From Macrostomum lignano (Eukaryota), in NCBI GenBank assembly GCA_002269645.1, contig NIVC01001300.1:124001-188000 (forward strand): a DNA stretch of 64,000 bases, written 5' to 3'. A program made the translations under genes and the position numbers. Below the pieces are notes generated by a model. That model was not told the origin of the DNA. It saw only the letters and a list, made by a program, of their open reading frames with translations, and searched no databases. This document shows, piece after piece, positions 51,300 to 63,635 of the stretch; the stretch's first letter is position 1; each line of letters starts with the position of its first letter.

Positions 51300-52343
51300 A
51301 TGGACTGCTCCCTCTGCTATTGGTCAGGCATTGTGGCGGCGGCCTTAGGAGCCGCCAGCCTTCTGTTCAGCCTGTGCTACTGGCTAGTTCTCAACCGAAT
51401 TCTCCCTAGCAACAAGTTGAATCCTCGCGGAGGTCATTTTGTGGTGTCGGGTGGCTCTAGCGGAATTGGTTTTGCTCTGTGCCGGCGTCTGCGCCGTCTG
51501 GGAGCTCATCTGACTATTGTTGCTAGGGACGCCAAGAAGTTAGCGGTTGCCAAGGCCGAATTGCTAGCCGATTCGCCTGAACTGAGCGAATCCGAGGCTG
51601 CTATCTATCTGTTATCAATTGATTTAACTGGCGATCCGGATAAGCTTCAAGCTGATCTTGACAGTCACTTAGCAACTGTGACGCAACCGTTGCTAGGCGT
51701 TGTCAACTGCGCCGGCTACGCTTTGCCGTTAGAATTTGAACAGCTGAGTCTGGCTCAGCACGAGAGTCAGATGGCTACTAATTATACTGCTGCAATGCGG
51801 CTGACTCACTGCCTGCTGCCCAGGCTGTTGGCATCAGGCCAGCCCGCTAGAATTGCCTTCCTGTCCAGTGTGGCTGGTCAGCTGGGTGTCTACGGCTACA
51901 CCGGCTACGGGGCTGCCAAGTTCGCCCTCCGCGGCTTGGCCGAAGCCCTTCAGATGGAGCTGGCAGCCAGCCAAGTGAGACTGGTGCTGGCGTTCCCACC
52001 GGACACGGACACGCCCGGCTATCAGACTGAGAACGCCAGCAAGCCGGCTATCACTGCTAGCATCAGTGCCAATATCTCGCTGTATTCTGCCGATCAGATT
52101 GCTGAGCAGTTGGTTAAAGATTTGATTGATGGACGGTTTTTGAGTTGCTTCGGCTCGGATGGTTGGCTGGTTGGCTGTCTGACTGCAGGGTTCAGTCCGC
52201 CTACTGGCTGGTTGGATACCATGGCCCAGTGCGGTTTGGGTGGCCTGTTCCGTGTCATCGGTTTGGTCTATCTCAAGTCGCTGTACCAGCTGGTGCGAGA
52301 TGGCAAACGGGCTGCCGCTGCTACTGATAAAAAGTCTGATTGA
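51300..52343 (+). CDS. KDSR: 3-ketodihydrosphingosine reductase (SDR family), single exon, 347 aa
   Basis: N-terminal TM segment, SGGSSGIG, YTGYGAAKFALRGLAEALQME (YxxxK) and FPPDTDTPG, all characteristic of KDSR/TSC10. Confidence 0.92.
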   Translation: MDCSLCYWSGIVAAALGAASLLFSLCYWLVLNRILPSNKLNPRGGHFVVSGGSSGIGFALCRRLRRLGAHLTIVARDAKKLAVAKAELLADSPELSESEAAIYLLSIDLTGDPDKLQADLDSHLATVTQPLLGVVNCAGYALPLEFEQLSLAQHESQMATNYTAAMRLTHCLLPRLLASGQPARIAFLSSVAGQLGVYGYTGYGAAKFALRGLAEALQMELAASQVRLVLAFPPDTDTPGYQTENASKPAITASISANISLYSADQIAEQLVKDLIDGRFLSCFGSDGWLVGCLTAGFSPPTGWLDTMAQCGLGGLFRVIGLVYLKSLYQLVRDGKRAAAATDKKSD

Positions 52344-52514
52344 CTTGACAGAATTCTGCTCGCATTCCTGTTATCTGCATGTAGTAGTAGGAAATGTATA
52401 TGAGGATTTTCCATAGACTAATTGGGTTGAGAGAAGTCCGATTTCTATAGTACAGGGCTCGGCAGACTTTTTTACCTCAAGGGGCGGATGTAGAATTTAG
52501 CTCATGGCTGCAGG

Positions 52515-52965
52515 CTAGATGAGTGAGAAAAGGAGGGGAATAGAAGAGATAAGAAACAAGACAAGATGAGAAGAGGAGACAGACGAAAGAAGGGAGAGAA
52601 AAGAGGGGACAGAGGAGAGAGGGGGAGAAGAGAGAGGAGAGAGGGGAGAGAAGAGCGAGAAAGAGGGGAGATAGAGGAGAGAGAGGAGTAAGAGGAGAGA
52701 GGAGGAGAGGAGGGAGGGAAGTGGGAAGAGAGGAGAGATGAGAGTGGAGAGAGAGGATAGAGGGGAGAGAAGAGATAGGGGAAGAAGAGAGAGGGGATTG
52801 GGGAGAAAGGAGAAAGGAAAGAGGGGAGTGGGAAGAGAGGAGAGATGAGAGTGGAGAGAGAGGATAGAGGAGAGAGAAGAGCGAGGGAGAGGAGAAAGGA
52901 GAGGGGAGTGAAGAGAGAGGGGAGTAGGGGGAGAGGGATAGGAGAGAGGAGAGAAAAGAGACAAA
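52515..52965. repeat. GA-rich low-complexity tract
   Basis: Directly visible. Confidence 0.92.
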
Positions 52966-53094
52966 CATTGAGTGGGCCGGATTGCTATTGCGAAGTTTCA
53001 AAAGACCCGAGGGCCGGATAGAGAGGCTTCCCCGTCCGAAGTTTGCCAACCTCGATCTGCTCTAGTAGATGGTCAAACTGGTTTAATTAACCAA

Positions 53095-53258
53095 CAGCTC
53101 AGCCGCAGCTATAGCGCGGCGCATATGAACTAAGTGAACTGAAGCAACGCAGAGTTAAGTGTCTTGCTCAAAGACACATTGTTCCAAAGTGGGTCGAGAA
53201 TCGAACCTCCGACCTTTCAGTCTTGCGTCCGACGCTCTGACCACTGGGCTACAACCCC
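53095..53258 (-). mobile_element. CORE-SINE copy with an internal deletion
   Basis: Reverse complement begins ggggttgtagcccagtggtcagagcgtcggacgc, includes the CORE gagcaagacacttaactctgcgttgcttcagttcac, then jumps to the 3' body. Confidence 0.82.
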
Positions 53259-54333
53259 ACTATAAGAGCACACTTTACTTAGCTTAGTTCATTTCTAAGA
53301 AAATTCTACTGCAAGTTTTCTCCTTGCTATGATTTTAGTACATCTGTAGTGCATCTGCTTCATAATTTTTTTAGTAACTTGCGTGTTCTAACTATGCTCT
53401 ATTTAATCTCTAGCATTCTCTCTTTTTATATCTATTCAATTAATCATGTCAAAATATAATTCTATCAAGAAATTCTACAATAGATATTGCGCACTAATTA
53501 ACTTTGCTTGAAGAAATTTTTAATTAGACATTTAGTATATATATATATCGTTTATTAAAATACCAATTGACAATAAATACGGACTTATGCTTTTTATATA
53601 GTAACTTTTTAGTTAAGTAAAGTATGGTTTTTTCATGATTATTAATTTCAAATTTGTTGCACTAGTTGAACTTTGGCTGTTTTGATTTAAATTTTTGAGT
53701 TTGCAGAGTTTTACCATTTTTGCATTTGTTGAGTTGTCATTTACTGCTGCTCAGGCAGTTGCACTTAGAACTGCAGCAGAATGCATCTCAGCGAGCCGCA
53801 TCTAGCGTGGACTATTGCCAATCGAAGCCGTGTCAAAATGGCGGCTTGTGTAGCAGTGGAGAGACGACGTGAGTCCTGCAGCTTGAGCACAGTGTTGATC
53901 ATCTGTAGTAAGATTGAAGTTTTGCTGCTAATGCCTTAGCAACTAAACAATCGATAGCTTTGAGTCTCTTAACCATCGCTTCTAAACATGCCCAGGTGGC
54001 AAAAAATGTGTGCATTCAAGAAAAGCAGACACTAAAATATACATGTAAAATGTTTGTGATAACAAAGAAAATTTACATAACAATCAATCAAAATTCACCA
54101 ATTTTGTTCGCTCACACAGCTAAAATATTGTTTTTTTGTGTTTTAATAAATTTTCAAGTTATGTTTCTTAACTACACTTACATCTAGAGTACATGTATAA
54201 CTAATTAATAAAACAATTCAAACTAAAACATGCTTGTACATCGATCTACACATGTATACGCGATCAAATAAATCTGTAACACAAATAAGCTCAACTGAAC
54301 ACAACTATAATAATCAAGCTAAACGCTTTTAAC

Positions 54334-55426
54334 CAGGGGCGTCGCCATGGATTTTATGAAGGGGAAAAAGCAGAGTTTTACATTTACATATACATGACTA
54401 AATTGCTACTATAACATTATTTTGAGAGTTGTGTAATTTTCAGCAGGGGCGTCGCCAACAGGGGGGACATGCCAAAATGAGTGCCTGTGGCGCCAAAATG
54501 AGTGCCTGCAGCGCTAAAATGAGTGCCTGAGGCGCTAAAATGAGTGCCTGTGGCGCTAAAATGAGTGCCTGTGCGCTAAAATGAGTGCCTGCAGCGCTAA
54601 AATGAGTGCCTGCGGCGCTAAAATGAGTGCCTACAGCGCTAAAATGAGTGCCTTTGGCGCCAAAATGAGTGCCTGCGGCGCTAAAATGAGTGCTGTGGCG
54701 CTAAAATGAGTGCCTGTGGCGTCAAAATGAGTGCCTGCGGCGCTAAAATGAGTGCTTGCAGCGCTAAAATGAGTGCCTGCAGCGCTAAAATGAGTGCCTG
54801 CAGCGCTAAAATGAGTGCCTGCGGCGCTAAAATGAGTGCCTGCAGCGCTAAAATGAGTGCCTGCGGCGCTAAAATGAGTGCCTGCAGCGCTAAAATGAGT
54901 GCCTGCAGCGCTAAAATGAGTGCCTGCGGCGCTAAAATGAGTGCCTGCAGCGCTAAAATGAGTGCCTTTGGCGCCAAAATGAGTGCCTGCGGCGCTAAAA
55001 TGAGTGCTGTGGCGCTAAAATGAGTGCCTGTGGCGTCAAAATGAGTGCCTGCGGCGCTAAAATGAGTGCCTGCAGCGCTAAAATGAGTGCCTGCAGCGCT
55101 AAAATGAGTGGCTGCGGCGCTAAAATAAGTATCTGCGGCGCTAAATTGAGTACTGATAATACCGATTCTGAAAATAATGTACATGTAGGAATTTAGTCAT
55201 GTGCATGTACGTGTATAATTGTTGGCTTTGTCCCCCCCCCCAACATGAAATCCATGGCGACGCCCCTGATTGTCAGCGCTATTTTTTAGCGCCGCAGGTG
55301 CTATATTTAAAGCGTCCTGAAACAAAATTATTGCTTTCCACAACGGGTCACAAGGTGGGTTTGGGGGACAAAGCATTGTCATGTCCCCCTATAGATTTTA
55401 CATGTCCCCCCGTGGCGACGCCCCTG
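54334..55426. mobile_element. hAT-like MITE (outer copy) interrupted by an inverted copy of the same family
   Basis: Ends CAGGGGCGTCGCCA / TGGCGACGCCCCTG; 8-bp flanks cttttaac / cttgtaac. Confidence 0.8.
54444..55268. mobile_element. Inner hAT-like MITE carrying a 20-21-bp minisatellite (gcgctaaaatgagtgcctgca)n at ~54470-55145
   Basis: Same TIRs; 8-bp flanks attttcag / attgtcag; end types reversed relative to the outer copy. Confidence 0.82.
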
Positions 55427-55580
55427 CTTGTAACAATTGTAGTTAGTTCATAAGAGTTAAGCATACACTTACCATGCAAGTAGGAGTAGGCTGCTTCTTT
55501 CTTTTTCAATGGAGAAGTTGATGGTAAAACATCTGACATTGATTCAACACCAATGCTGGTACAATAGACTATCAGTAGCG

Positions 55581-56129
55581 NNNNNNNNNNNNNNNNNNNN
55601 NNNNNNNNNNNNNNNNNNNNNNNNNNNNNNNNNNNNNNNNNNNNNNNNNNNNNNNNNNNNNNNNNNNNNNNNNNNNNNNNNNNNNNNNNNNNNNNNNNNN
55701 NNNNNNNNNNNNNNNNNNNNNNNNNNNNNNNNNNNNNNNNNNNNNNNNNNNNNNNNNNNNNNNNNNNNNNNNNNNNNNNNNNNNNNNNNNNNNNNNNNNN
55801 NNNNNNNNNNNNNNNNNNNNNNNNNNNNNNNNNNNNNNNNNNNNNNNNNNNNNNNNNNNNNNNNNNNNNNNNNNNNNNNNNNNNNNNNNNNNNNNNNNNN
55901 NNNNNNNNNNNNNNNNNNNNNNNNNNNNNNNNNNNNNNNNNNNNNNNNNNNNNNNNNNNNNNNNNNNNNNNNNNNNNNNNNNNNNNNNNNNNNNNNNNNN
56001 NNNNNNNNNNNNNNNNNNNNNNNNNNNNNNNNNNNNNNNNNNNNNNNNNNNNNNNNNNNNNNNNNNNNNNNNNNNNNNNNNNNNNNNNNNNNNNNNNNNN
56101 NNNNNNNNNNNNNNNNNNNNNNNNNNNNN
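55581..56129. other. Assembly gap (549 N)
   Basis: Run of N. Confidence 1.
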
Positions 56130-56183
56130 GTTATCTGGTTAGTTTTTTGAAGGTAATCAAATAAATTATTCTAATAAATGCAG

Positions 56184-59100
56184 GTTCACTTGCGACTGCT
56201 CTGCAACCGACTTCAACGGACCGAACTGCCAGAGCCGCATTGACGGCTGCGCCAGCAACCCGTGCAGCCACAACGCCACCTGCACTGACGGGCTCAGAGA
56301 CTTCAGCTGCAGCTGCTTCAGCGGCTACTCAGGAAAGACCTGCTCCGATGACATTCCGGACTGCTCGCCGAATCCGTGCCAGTTCGGTGGCGCCTGTCTG
56401 GAGCGCAGCAACCAGGCTCTGTATGGAAACCCGACGATGCCAGCGCCGTTCAACGGCAGCTTCAGCTACGCGCTGGCTGCCGGTTTCGTCTGCCTCTGCA
56501 AAAATGGTGAGAAGATCTTGTACGCAAAGACTGCATAGATTCCAATCTGTTTTTCTACTTAACTACAACAGGTACCAACGGTGACACGTGCGAAATCAAC
56601 CCGAACGACTGTCTGGATCCGACAACCAACCGCAGCGTGTGCGCTCACGCGTCGAGCTGCACGGACGGCCTGGCCTCATTCACCTGCCACTGCCTGCCTG
56701 GCTACGAGGGCCTAACCTGCAGCCGAGAGATCGACGTGAGTACGTGAGTCATGGGCAGCTGTTTCTCTCAGATCGACCAGGTGCGTGCCAACGAATCATA
56801 ATCTTCTTGCCGTGTAACTAACTTTTCACAGGTGCAACTGCACTGAGGGATGGCTCGGACCCAATTGTACAATGAAAGACCATTGCTATTTTGCTGACCA
56901 ATACTGCCCTAACGGAACGGAGTGCGTTAAATTGGACTCTGGCGGATTCGAGTGTAAGTTACAGACTACTGTTAGTAGCACTCTCTTGTATTTCTATTTT
57001 GACATGTGGCTAAATTTCCTCTGAAACTCAGGCCGCACAGCTGCAACATTCAGCAGCTCTCTGATATCGCCATCAAGCAGCCAGATTGCATTATCGGTGA
57101 CTGGTCTCAACGAAACTCTGACTGCGGTTACCGGCTGGGGCCGCACTCGCCAGTCAGACTGCCATCTACTGACCGTGCTCAGCGGCAGTCATCAGTTGTC
57201 AGTTGGTTGCGAGTCCGGACACTTTAAAGTCTCTCTTGACGACCGGACAGTATTGGTGGCGGTTTCCATAGCAACTGGTTTACCATTTAACTTTATTAGT
57301 TGTGCTGAGGGCACCTTTTTGACCGCTGGTGTGTCAATCAATGCCAGCGATTTCCGGGTGTTGGCAGACACAACGCCGATTCCAGCTGGTTTGATCCTGG
57401 ATTCTTCTGCTACGGTTACAGCTGGGGGCCCCGGATTTAAAGGTTGCCTTGACAACTTGCGACTCAACGGTTACTTGGTGCCACTCGTTAATCGCTCCCT
57501 GCCAAGCGGCTACTCGGGATTCAATTGGATGGCTGCGTCGTCAATCCTGCCTGGTTGTCATGGCGACGCGGTTTGCCAGAAAACTAGCGAAGGAAGTTCC
57601 AATGTCTGCTTGAATGGTGGCCAATGTGTGGCTCTTTGGAACGACTTCAAATGCGACTGCCCTGCTGGGTTTCTTGGCAAAGAGTGTTCCATCAAGGAAG
57701 CGTCGCCCGCTGATTTTCCCACAGCCATCGTTGTTGCGGTCAGCGCCGCCCTTGTTGTCATCTTTATTGGTGAGGAGTTCCTGTGAGCTGTAACAGCATG
57801 TATTAACCCTAAGACTTGTAAAAAGATACAAATGCTATAAAAATTCATCATCATTATCACATCATTCACCATGTCACAGATCCCATCTATTATTTCAAAG
57901 ACCCGATCCATCGTCTCACAGCACTCATATGGGGGTTGTAGCCTAGTGATTAGAGCGTCGGACTCACGACAGGAAGGTCGAGGTTCGATCCTCGACCTAA
58001 ATCAGAACAGTTGAAGTAAGGAACGCAAAGACGCGAGGTATCGGTTGACAGAGAAGAAGATTATGCCCTCAGTATATTTTGGCCTGGTTGTAGCCGTAAC
58101 AAAATAAGGAGTGGGGTGTGCGTGTGTGTGTGTGTGTGTGTGTAATTTTTTACTAGCGAGCTTGACTTAGCAAGTCAACGCATAAGTATTTCCATAGATA
58201 CTACACCTCTCCCTTTCCTGCCTGGTATCGTACAGGCATCTTTAGCAATCCTCTATTCCTTAGATTGTAACCACGTCCAAGTTGTTGGTTCAATCCAATT
58301 TCCTTCGGAGACTGACCACTGCTTGCATTTGACTTTTCTGTAGCATGTGAAGCATCCTGCTCTGTTTCTGAAGAAATAGTTACTTTGAAATCATTCCATT
58401 CCAGCTTTGGTTCAATGGTCGCTTGTAGTCGTTGTCTAGTCTTCAGAAGCTAATTCGCATGTCGCTTCCAAAGTAGATCACCGACTCTAACAGAGTATGT
58501 GTTAATGGGCTGTACGTCTCAGTATAGTCCATATAGTCCATCTGGCTTTTCCTCGTCGTAAATATTTTATCTGGACTCGCTCTCCGAAAGAAAATTCCAC
58601 AGACGCAGTTATTTTTGCGTCATCATAATACTATTTTTCTTGTTCTGGACACACAGAACTTTCGATTCCGCGCCCGGAAAGAGAAATGGCAGTTTTTTCC
58701 TAGATTTCTACCAAAAAGAAGTTCAGCTGGAGTCTTTCCAGTTGTGCTGTGAGGTGTTGTTTTTGGCTCGGAATAAGAAATTTGAAAGTTGTTTTCGCAT
58801 GTCACCTTTGCCTGATGCTTTCAATGCATTTTTTATTTGTTTTACCATATTTTCGGACAATTTCTTTGATCTTGGGTCTTGAGCAAACCAAATCGGACAA
58901 AGATTTCTCTCAATGACCCAATCTTATTCTTAGATGTTGCTTTCTTCATGTGAATGAGTGCAGGGAACTTACTAGTAGCATCAACGTCACCCAAAAACAT
59001 CCAGGACTTGAATGGTTCCACAAAGTCTACATAAATTCTCGTCCAAAGAGTAGTAGGCCACGAGAATGGGCTTAGGGGTGCTTTAGGTGGATTTGAACGA

Positions 59101-62100
59101 TGCAATTGACACCTCCGGCAGTGGCTCACGCTGCTTCTATATCCTTGTCTATCTGGGGCCACCAGCAGTACATTCTGGCCCTTGATTTTGTGAGGACCAT
59201 ACCCGGGTGACCCTCATGAAGTTCTTCAAGAACCAAGTGCTGTAGAGCATATAGTATTACTACTCGCATTCCCAGCAGGATCACCTCAGATTTTATACCA
59301 AACTCGTGTCTTTTTCGTGTGCGGCTTCAACTCAGCGTCAGCTGAGACGCTCAGCGTTGTTTTGAAGAATCCTGTCATTCTTGTCTAGATCGAGTCAATA
59401 CTTTTTTGAGTACTGGATCCTTCAAAGTTTCCTCTGCGATGACCTTAGCCTGTACAGGAAGCCTACTGATTAGGACTTGCTGGATCAAGCTGGAGCTACG
59501 TCGTAGTTTCTTTCGTGTCGGCGAAGTTTTCTGGGAGTCTTGATAGCTCATTAGCATTGCAGTGGCAGTCAGTGTTTCTAACTTCAATGTCTTACGAGTG
59601 CGCACCGAGAAACATAGCTCATCTTTGCAATCGGCTGGCTGCAACTGGCGGAATTGGTCTTCTTGAATCAAATATTGGTACGAGAGGCTTGTGGTCCGTC
59701 ACTTATGTTAATGAGTGACCTAACAAATACTCGTGAAACTTTTTTAGACTAAAAATTATAGCCAAAGCCTTTTTATCGATTTGGGCGTAGTTCTTTTCAG
59801 CAGAAGATAGAGTCATTGATGCGTATGCAATCAGACTGTCGCCTGTCGGTGTTTCATGTGAGATCACTGCTCCAAGACGATATGATGAAGCATCGCACTC
59901 CAATTTAACTTCTTCGTCGAATCATAGTACATCAGTACTTTGTTCGACATTTGCTGTTTCTTTATTTCTCCAAAAGCAGACTCGCAATCATTTGACCAGT
60001 CAAAGTATTTTTCAATCCTTTTGCAATTGTTTATAGAATGGATGCATTAATGCAGAAAGGTTCTGAATCAACTTCCCGTACTAGTTGACTAAACAAAGCC
60101 AAGCTCTTAATTCCGAAATACTCTGAGGTCTAGGTGCATCTCGAATGGCCTGCACTTATCTTCAGTGGGGTAGATTCCATTCTTGTCCATTCTGTATCCA
60201 ATAAACGTTATGGATTCGAGCATAAATTTACATTTTGATTTCTTTAGCCTTACACCACGTTCTCGGAAACGTTGTTACACGGTTGTTAAGTTGTTCAAAT
60301 GCTCTTCGAAGTTTTTGCAAACCACCATGATATCGTCTATGAAGCCAATTAAACGATTTAGTCCTTGAAGTATCTTGTCCATTGCCATTTGGAACACAGC
60401 TTGTCCGCTTGCCAAGCCATAATGCAACTGTCGACACTGATATAGTCTCTTGAGCATGTTGAGTACCATATATTTCTTAGAATCTTCATCAAGCTCCAGC
60501 TGAAGAAAGGACTGCGTGGCATCAAGTTTTGTAAGGTATTTGCCTCCGTTTAGAGTGCTAAAGTGTTACGTCTTTGCACAAATCACGTAGTCACTAAGTA
60601 AAGCAACTTAGAAGTTTAGTCAGCTCAAGGCTCTGGCTTTTACGCCGTGTGTATTTCTCGCGCGTTAGCGTCTAACTTAGCGAACTGTCTCTCTTTTAAT
60701 CCAGCTCAACTTCAGCTCGCAGGCTTGCCCATAGACATAGTTAGTACTAAAAGGCATACATATCATAAAGAGGTCTTCAAAGATAAGAAGAAGATAATGC
60801 CCTCAAAATATTTCGGCCCGGCTCGTAGCCGTAAAAAATAAGCATTGTCCCATGCTGTACGCTCATTATTCAACGCTTCGAAATCACTATTTACGGCTAC
60901 TAAAAATACATTCATGAGACAATGTGCCTGAGTACCCAGCTGTAAAATGGGTACCAGCATTAGCTGGGGTATTTGAGGGTGTGTGGCGACCCCCAACCAC
61001 AGTCGACAGACTGAACAGCCCTAAGCATACTTCAGATGCGCCGCGCAATAGCTGCGGCTGAGCTGTCGGTTGCACATCTGTCCATTAGGGCAGGTGAAAT
61101 CAGTTATTATTATTATATCACAGAGCCCATCCACCATCTCACGGAACCCATCCATCATCCCACAGAACCCCAACATGCCCCAAATAAGACACCCATTTAT
61201 CGATGACTTCATTCCAGCATCTTTACTAGCAGTTTGTTTAAAAAAGAAGCTGAATCGTCGTCCAACTTCTCAAAGCGCTGCCTCTGACAGAGAATCCAAT
61301 GGAAGCCAGCCGGTGTCCCAGGCAGACGCAAATGTAGAGCTGCGTCCTAGCAGTGGCTACCTTGCCCCTGATCAAAGAGAGTCTAGCGCGGTAAGTTTCT
61401 TTAGTTGTGTAATAACTTCACACGATGTGTGGTTGCAGTAAATAACTAACATGGCATATCAATTCTTCGAATTTAGATGTACACTTACGAAAATCCACTG
61501 CAGACTGATGGTAGACAGGACGCTAGCTACGTTTGCTTAGTAAGTGCGACTATGTGTTATAAATTCTCAATGAACAAGTCTTTTTTTGTTAAAATGTACC
61601 CATAGTCCTTTGACTCGAGCATCTTTGACAGGTACGGAATTTTTATTTATCTTTCTACAATATTTCAAGCTCTAGTGTATTATCTCAAATTTACTACACC
61701 TTTTCACGTTCAATTTTGAACAAAGTCCAGTTCTAAAAAAACTAGCGGAAATTCAATTCGGACAATTCAGACTGGGGCAACAAACCCCAGTTCAAAACAT
61801 TCTGCTACGGAAGCGAGGTTTAGCCATAGACAAAATTGTCCCCAGTCTGAATTGTCTGAATTGAATTTCCGCTAGTTTTTTAGAACTGGACTTTGTTCAA
61901 AGTTGAACGTGAAAAGGTGTAATTGTGTAGGCAAACTGGTATGTACAATTTCAAAAAAACATTTAAAATTATGTTTAAACTGATTAACTCTAACGATCAA
62001 GTTATTTAGACCACGTAAACCACAAATTTAAAGCTCGATTGACCGATTTGATCGAAGGAAATAAATAAGAAATAAAATTCTGTACTAACCATGTTAACGT

Positions 62101-62235
62101 AAAAAACCTAAAGAATGTTTTTTTCACAAATTAGCATTTTTTGTTGCGCTATAGAGAGCCAATACTGGTCGAGCCCTGCCTTCCACTGCCAGAGATGAGG
62201 GCGTCGGTCTTCCCGAGGGTCAATCATTAGAACAG
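56184..62235 (+). CDS. 3' part of a Crumbs-like EGF/laminin-G single-pass membrane protein (5' end in or before the gap)
   Basis: Exons 56184-56506 (EGFs including the Crumbs-typical CLERSN…FSY…GFVCLC), 56572-56735 or 56743, 56832-56953 (…GFE|C), 57032-57769 (LamG with FKGCL, EGF CLNGGQCVALWNDFKC, start of TM), 61218-61390 (rest of TM, KKKLNRR), 61477-61539 and 62155-62235. A possible last exon lies at 63694-63738. Tail exons are less certain. Confidence 0.75.
57931..58000 (+). mobile_element. SINE tRNA-head fragment
   Basis: gggggttgtagcctagtgattagagcgtcggactcacga…ggttcgatcctcgacc, same head as the other copies. Confidence 0.8.
58230..60580 (-). pseudogene. Decayed Ty3/Gypsy pol (RT, RNase H, integrase), antisense in the Crumbs-like intron
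   Basis: Fragments KLDATQSFLQL, FIDDI (RT), CDASSYRLGAV…YAS…AEKNYAQIDKKALAI (RNase H), WTRIYVDFVEP and TTPHSTTGKTPAELLFGR (integrase), broken by stops and frameshifts. Confidence 0.9.
60935..61115 (+). mobile_element. 3' half of a CORE-SINE
   Basis: acccagctgtaaaatgggtaccagcattagctggggt…gccgcgcaatagctgcggctgagctgtcggttgcacatctg…ttattattattat. Confidence 0.82.
61697..61919. mobile_element. 223-bp MITE with ~80-bp TIRs and TA target duplication (Tc1/mariner-like)
   Basis: ta|caccttttcacgttcaa…cagactgggg pairs with ccccagtctg…ttgaacgtgaaaaggtg|ta, with few mismatches. Confidence 0.85.
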
Positions 62236-62334
62236 GTAATAATCTCTACATTTCAATGTAACATCTCATTTATATTATTAGGATAAATATACTATTTATT
62301 CATTTATTCAAGGAAGCCTAGAACCCAGGCATCT

Positions 62335-63635
62335 TGTCACAGAACCCATACACCATCTCACAGCCCCATCCATCATCTCACAAAACCCAGCCACCATTTC
62401 ACAAAACCCAGCCACCATCTCACAAAACCCAGCCACCATCTCACAAAACCCAGCCACCATCTCACAAAACCCAGCCACCATCTCACAAAAGTCAGCCACC
62501 ATCTCACAAAAGTCAGCCACCATCTCACAAAACCCAGCCACCATCTCACAAAAGTCAGCCACCATCTCACAAAAGTCAGCCACCATCTCACAAAACCCAG
62601 CCACCATCTCACAGAAGCCAGCCACCATCTTGCAAAACCCAGCCACCATCTCACAGAAGCCAGCCACCATCTCACAAAACCCAGCCACCATCTCACAGAA
62701 GCCAGCCACCATCTTGCAAAACCCAGCCACCATCTCACAGAACCCAGCCACCATCTCACAAAACCCAGCCACCATCTCACAGAAGCCAGCCACCATCTTG
62801 CAAAACCCAGCCACCATTTCAAAAAACCCAGCCACCATCTCACAAAACCCAGCCACCATCTCACAAAAACCAGCCACCATCTCACAAAACCCAGCCACCA
62901 TTTCACAAAACCCAGCCACCATCTCACAAAACCCAGCCACCATCTCACAAAACCCAGCCACCATCTCACAAAACCCAGCCACCATCTCACAAAAGTCAGC
63001 CACCATCTCACAAAACCCAGCCACCATCTCACAAAAGTCAGCCACCATCTCACAAAAGTCAGCCACCATCTCACAAAACCCAGCCACCATCTCACAGAAG
63101 CCAGCCACCATCTTGCAAAACCCAGCCACCATCTCACAGAACCCAGCCACCATCTCACAAAACCCAGCCACCATCTCACAGAAGCCAGCCACCATCTTGC
63201 AAAACCCAGCCACCATTTCAAAAAACCCAGCCACCATCTCACAAAACCCAGCCACCATCTCACAAAATCCAGCCACCATCTCACAGAAGCCAGCCACCAC
63301 CTCACAAAACCCAGCCACCATCTCACAGAAGCCAGCCACCATCTCACAAAAGCCAGCAGCCATCATCTCACAAAACCCAGCCACCATCTCACAGAAGCCA
63401 GCCACCATCTCACAAAAGCCAGCCACCATCTCACAGAAGCCAGCCACCATCTCACAGAAGCCAGCCACCATCTTGCAAAACCCAGCCACCATTTCAAAAA
63501 ACCCAGCCACCATCTCACAGAAGCCAGCCACCACCTCACAAAACCCAGCCACCATCTCACAGAAGCCAGCCACCATCTCACAAAAGCCAGCAGCCATCTC
63601 ACAAAACCCAGCCACCATTTCACAGAAGCCAGCTA
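62335..63635. repeat. 21-bp minisatellite (ccagccaccatctcacaaaac)n, ~1.3 kb
   Basis: Directly visible; stop-free in several frames, which explains the long artefact ORFs. Confidence 0.97.

Noticed and set aside
55509-56150. 213-aa ORF across the gap
   Set aside because: Consists mostly of N-derived X residues.
56184-57769. Assigning the symbol Notch or crb
   Set aside because: LamG plus TM without LNR or ankyrin domains excludes Notch; the ectodomain is Crumbs-like but the tail lacks the Crumbs motifs, so no symbol is given.
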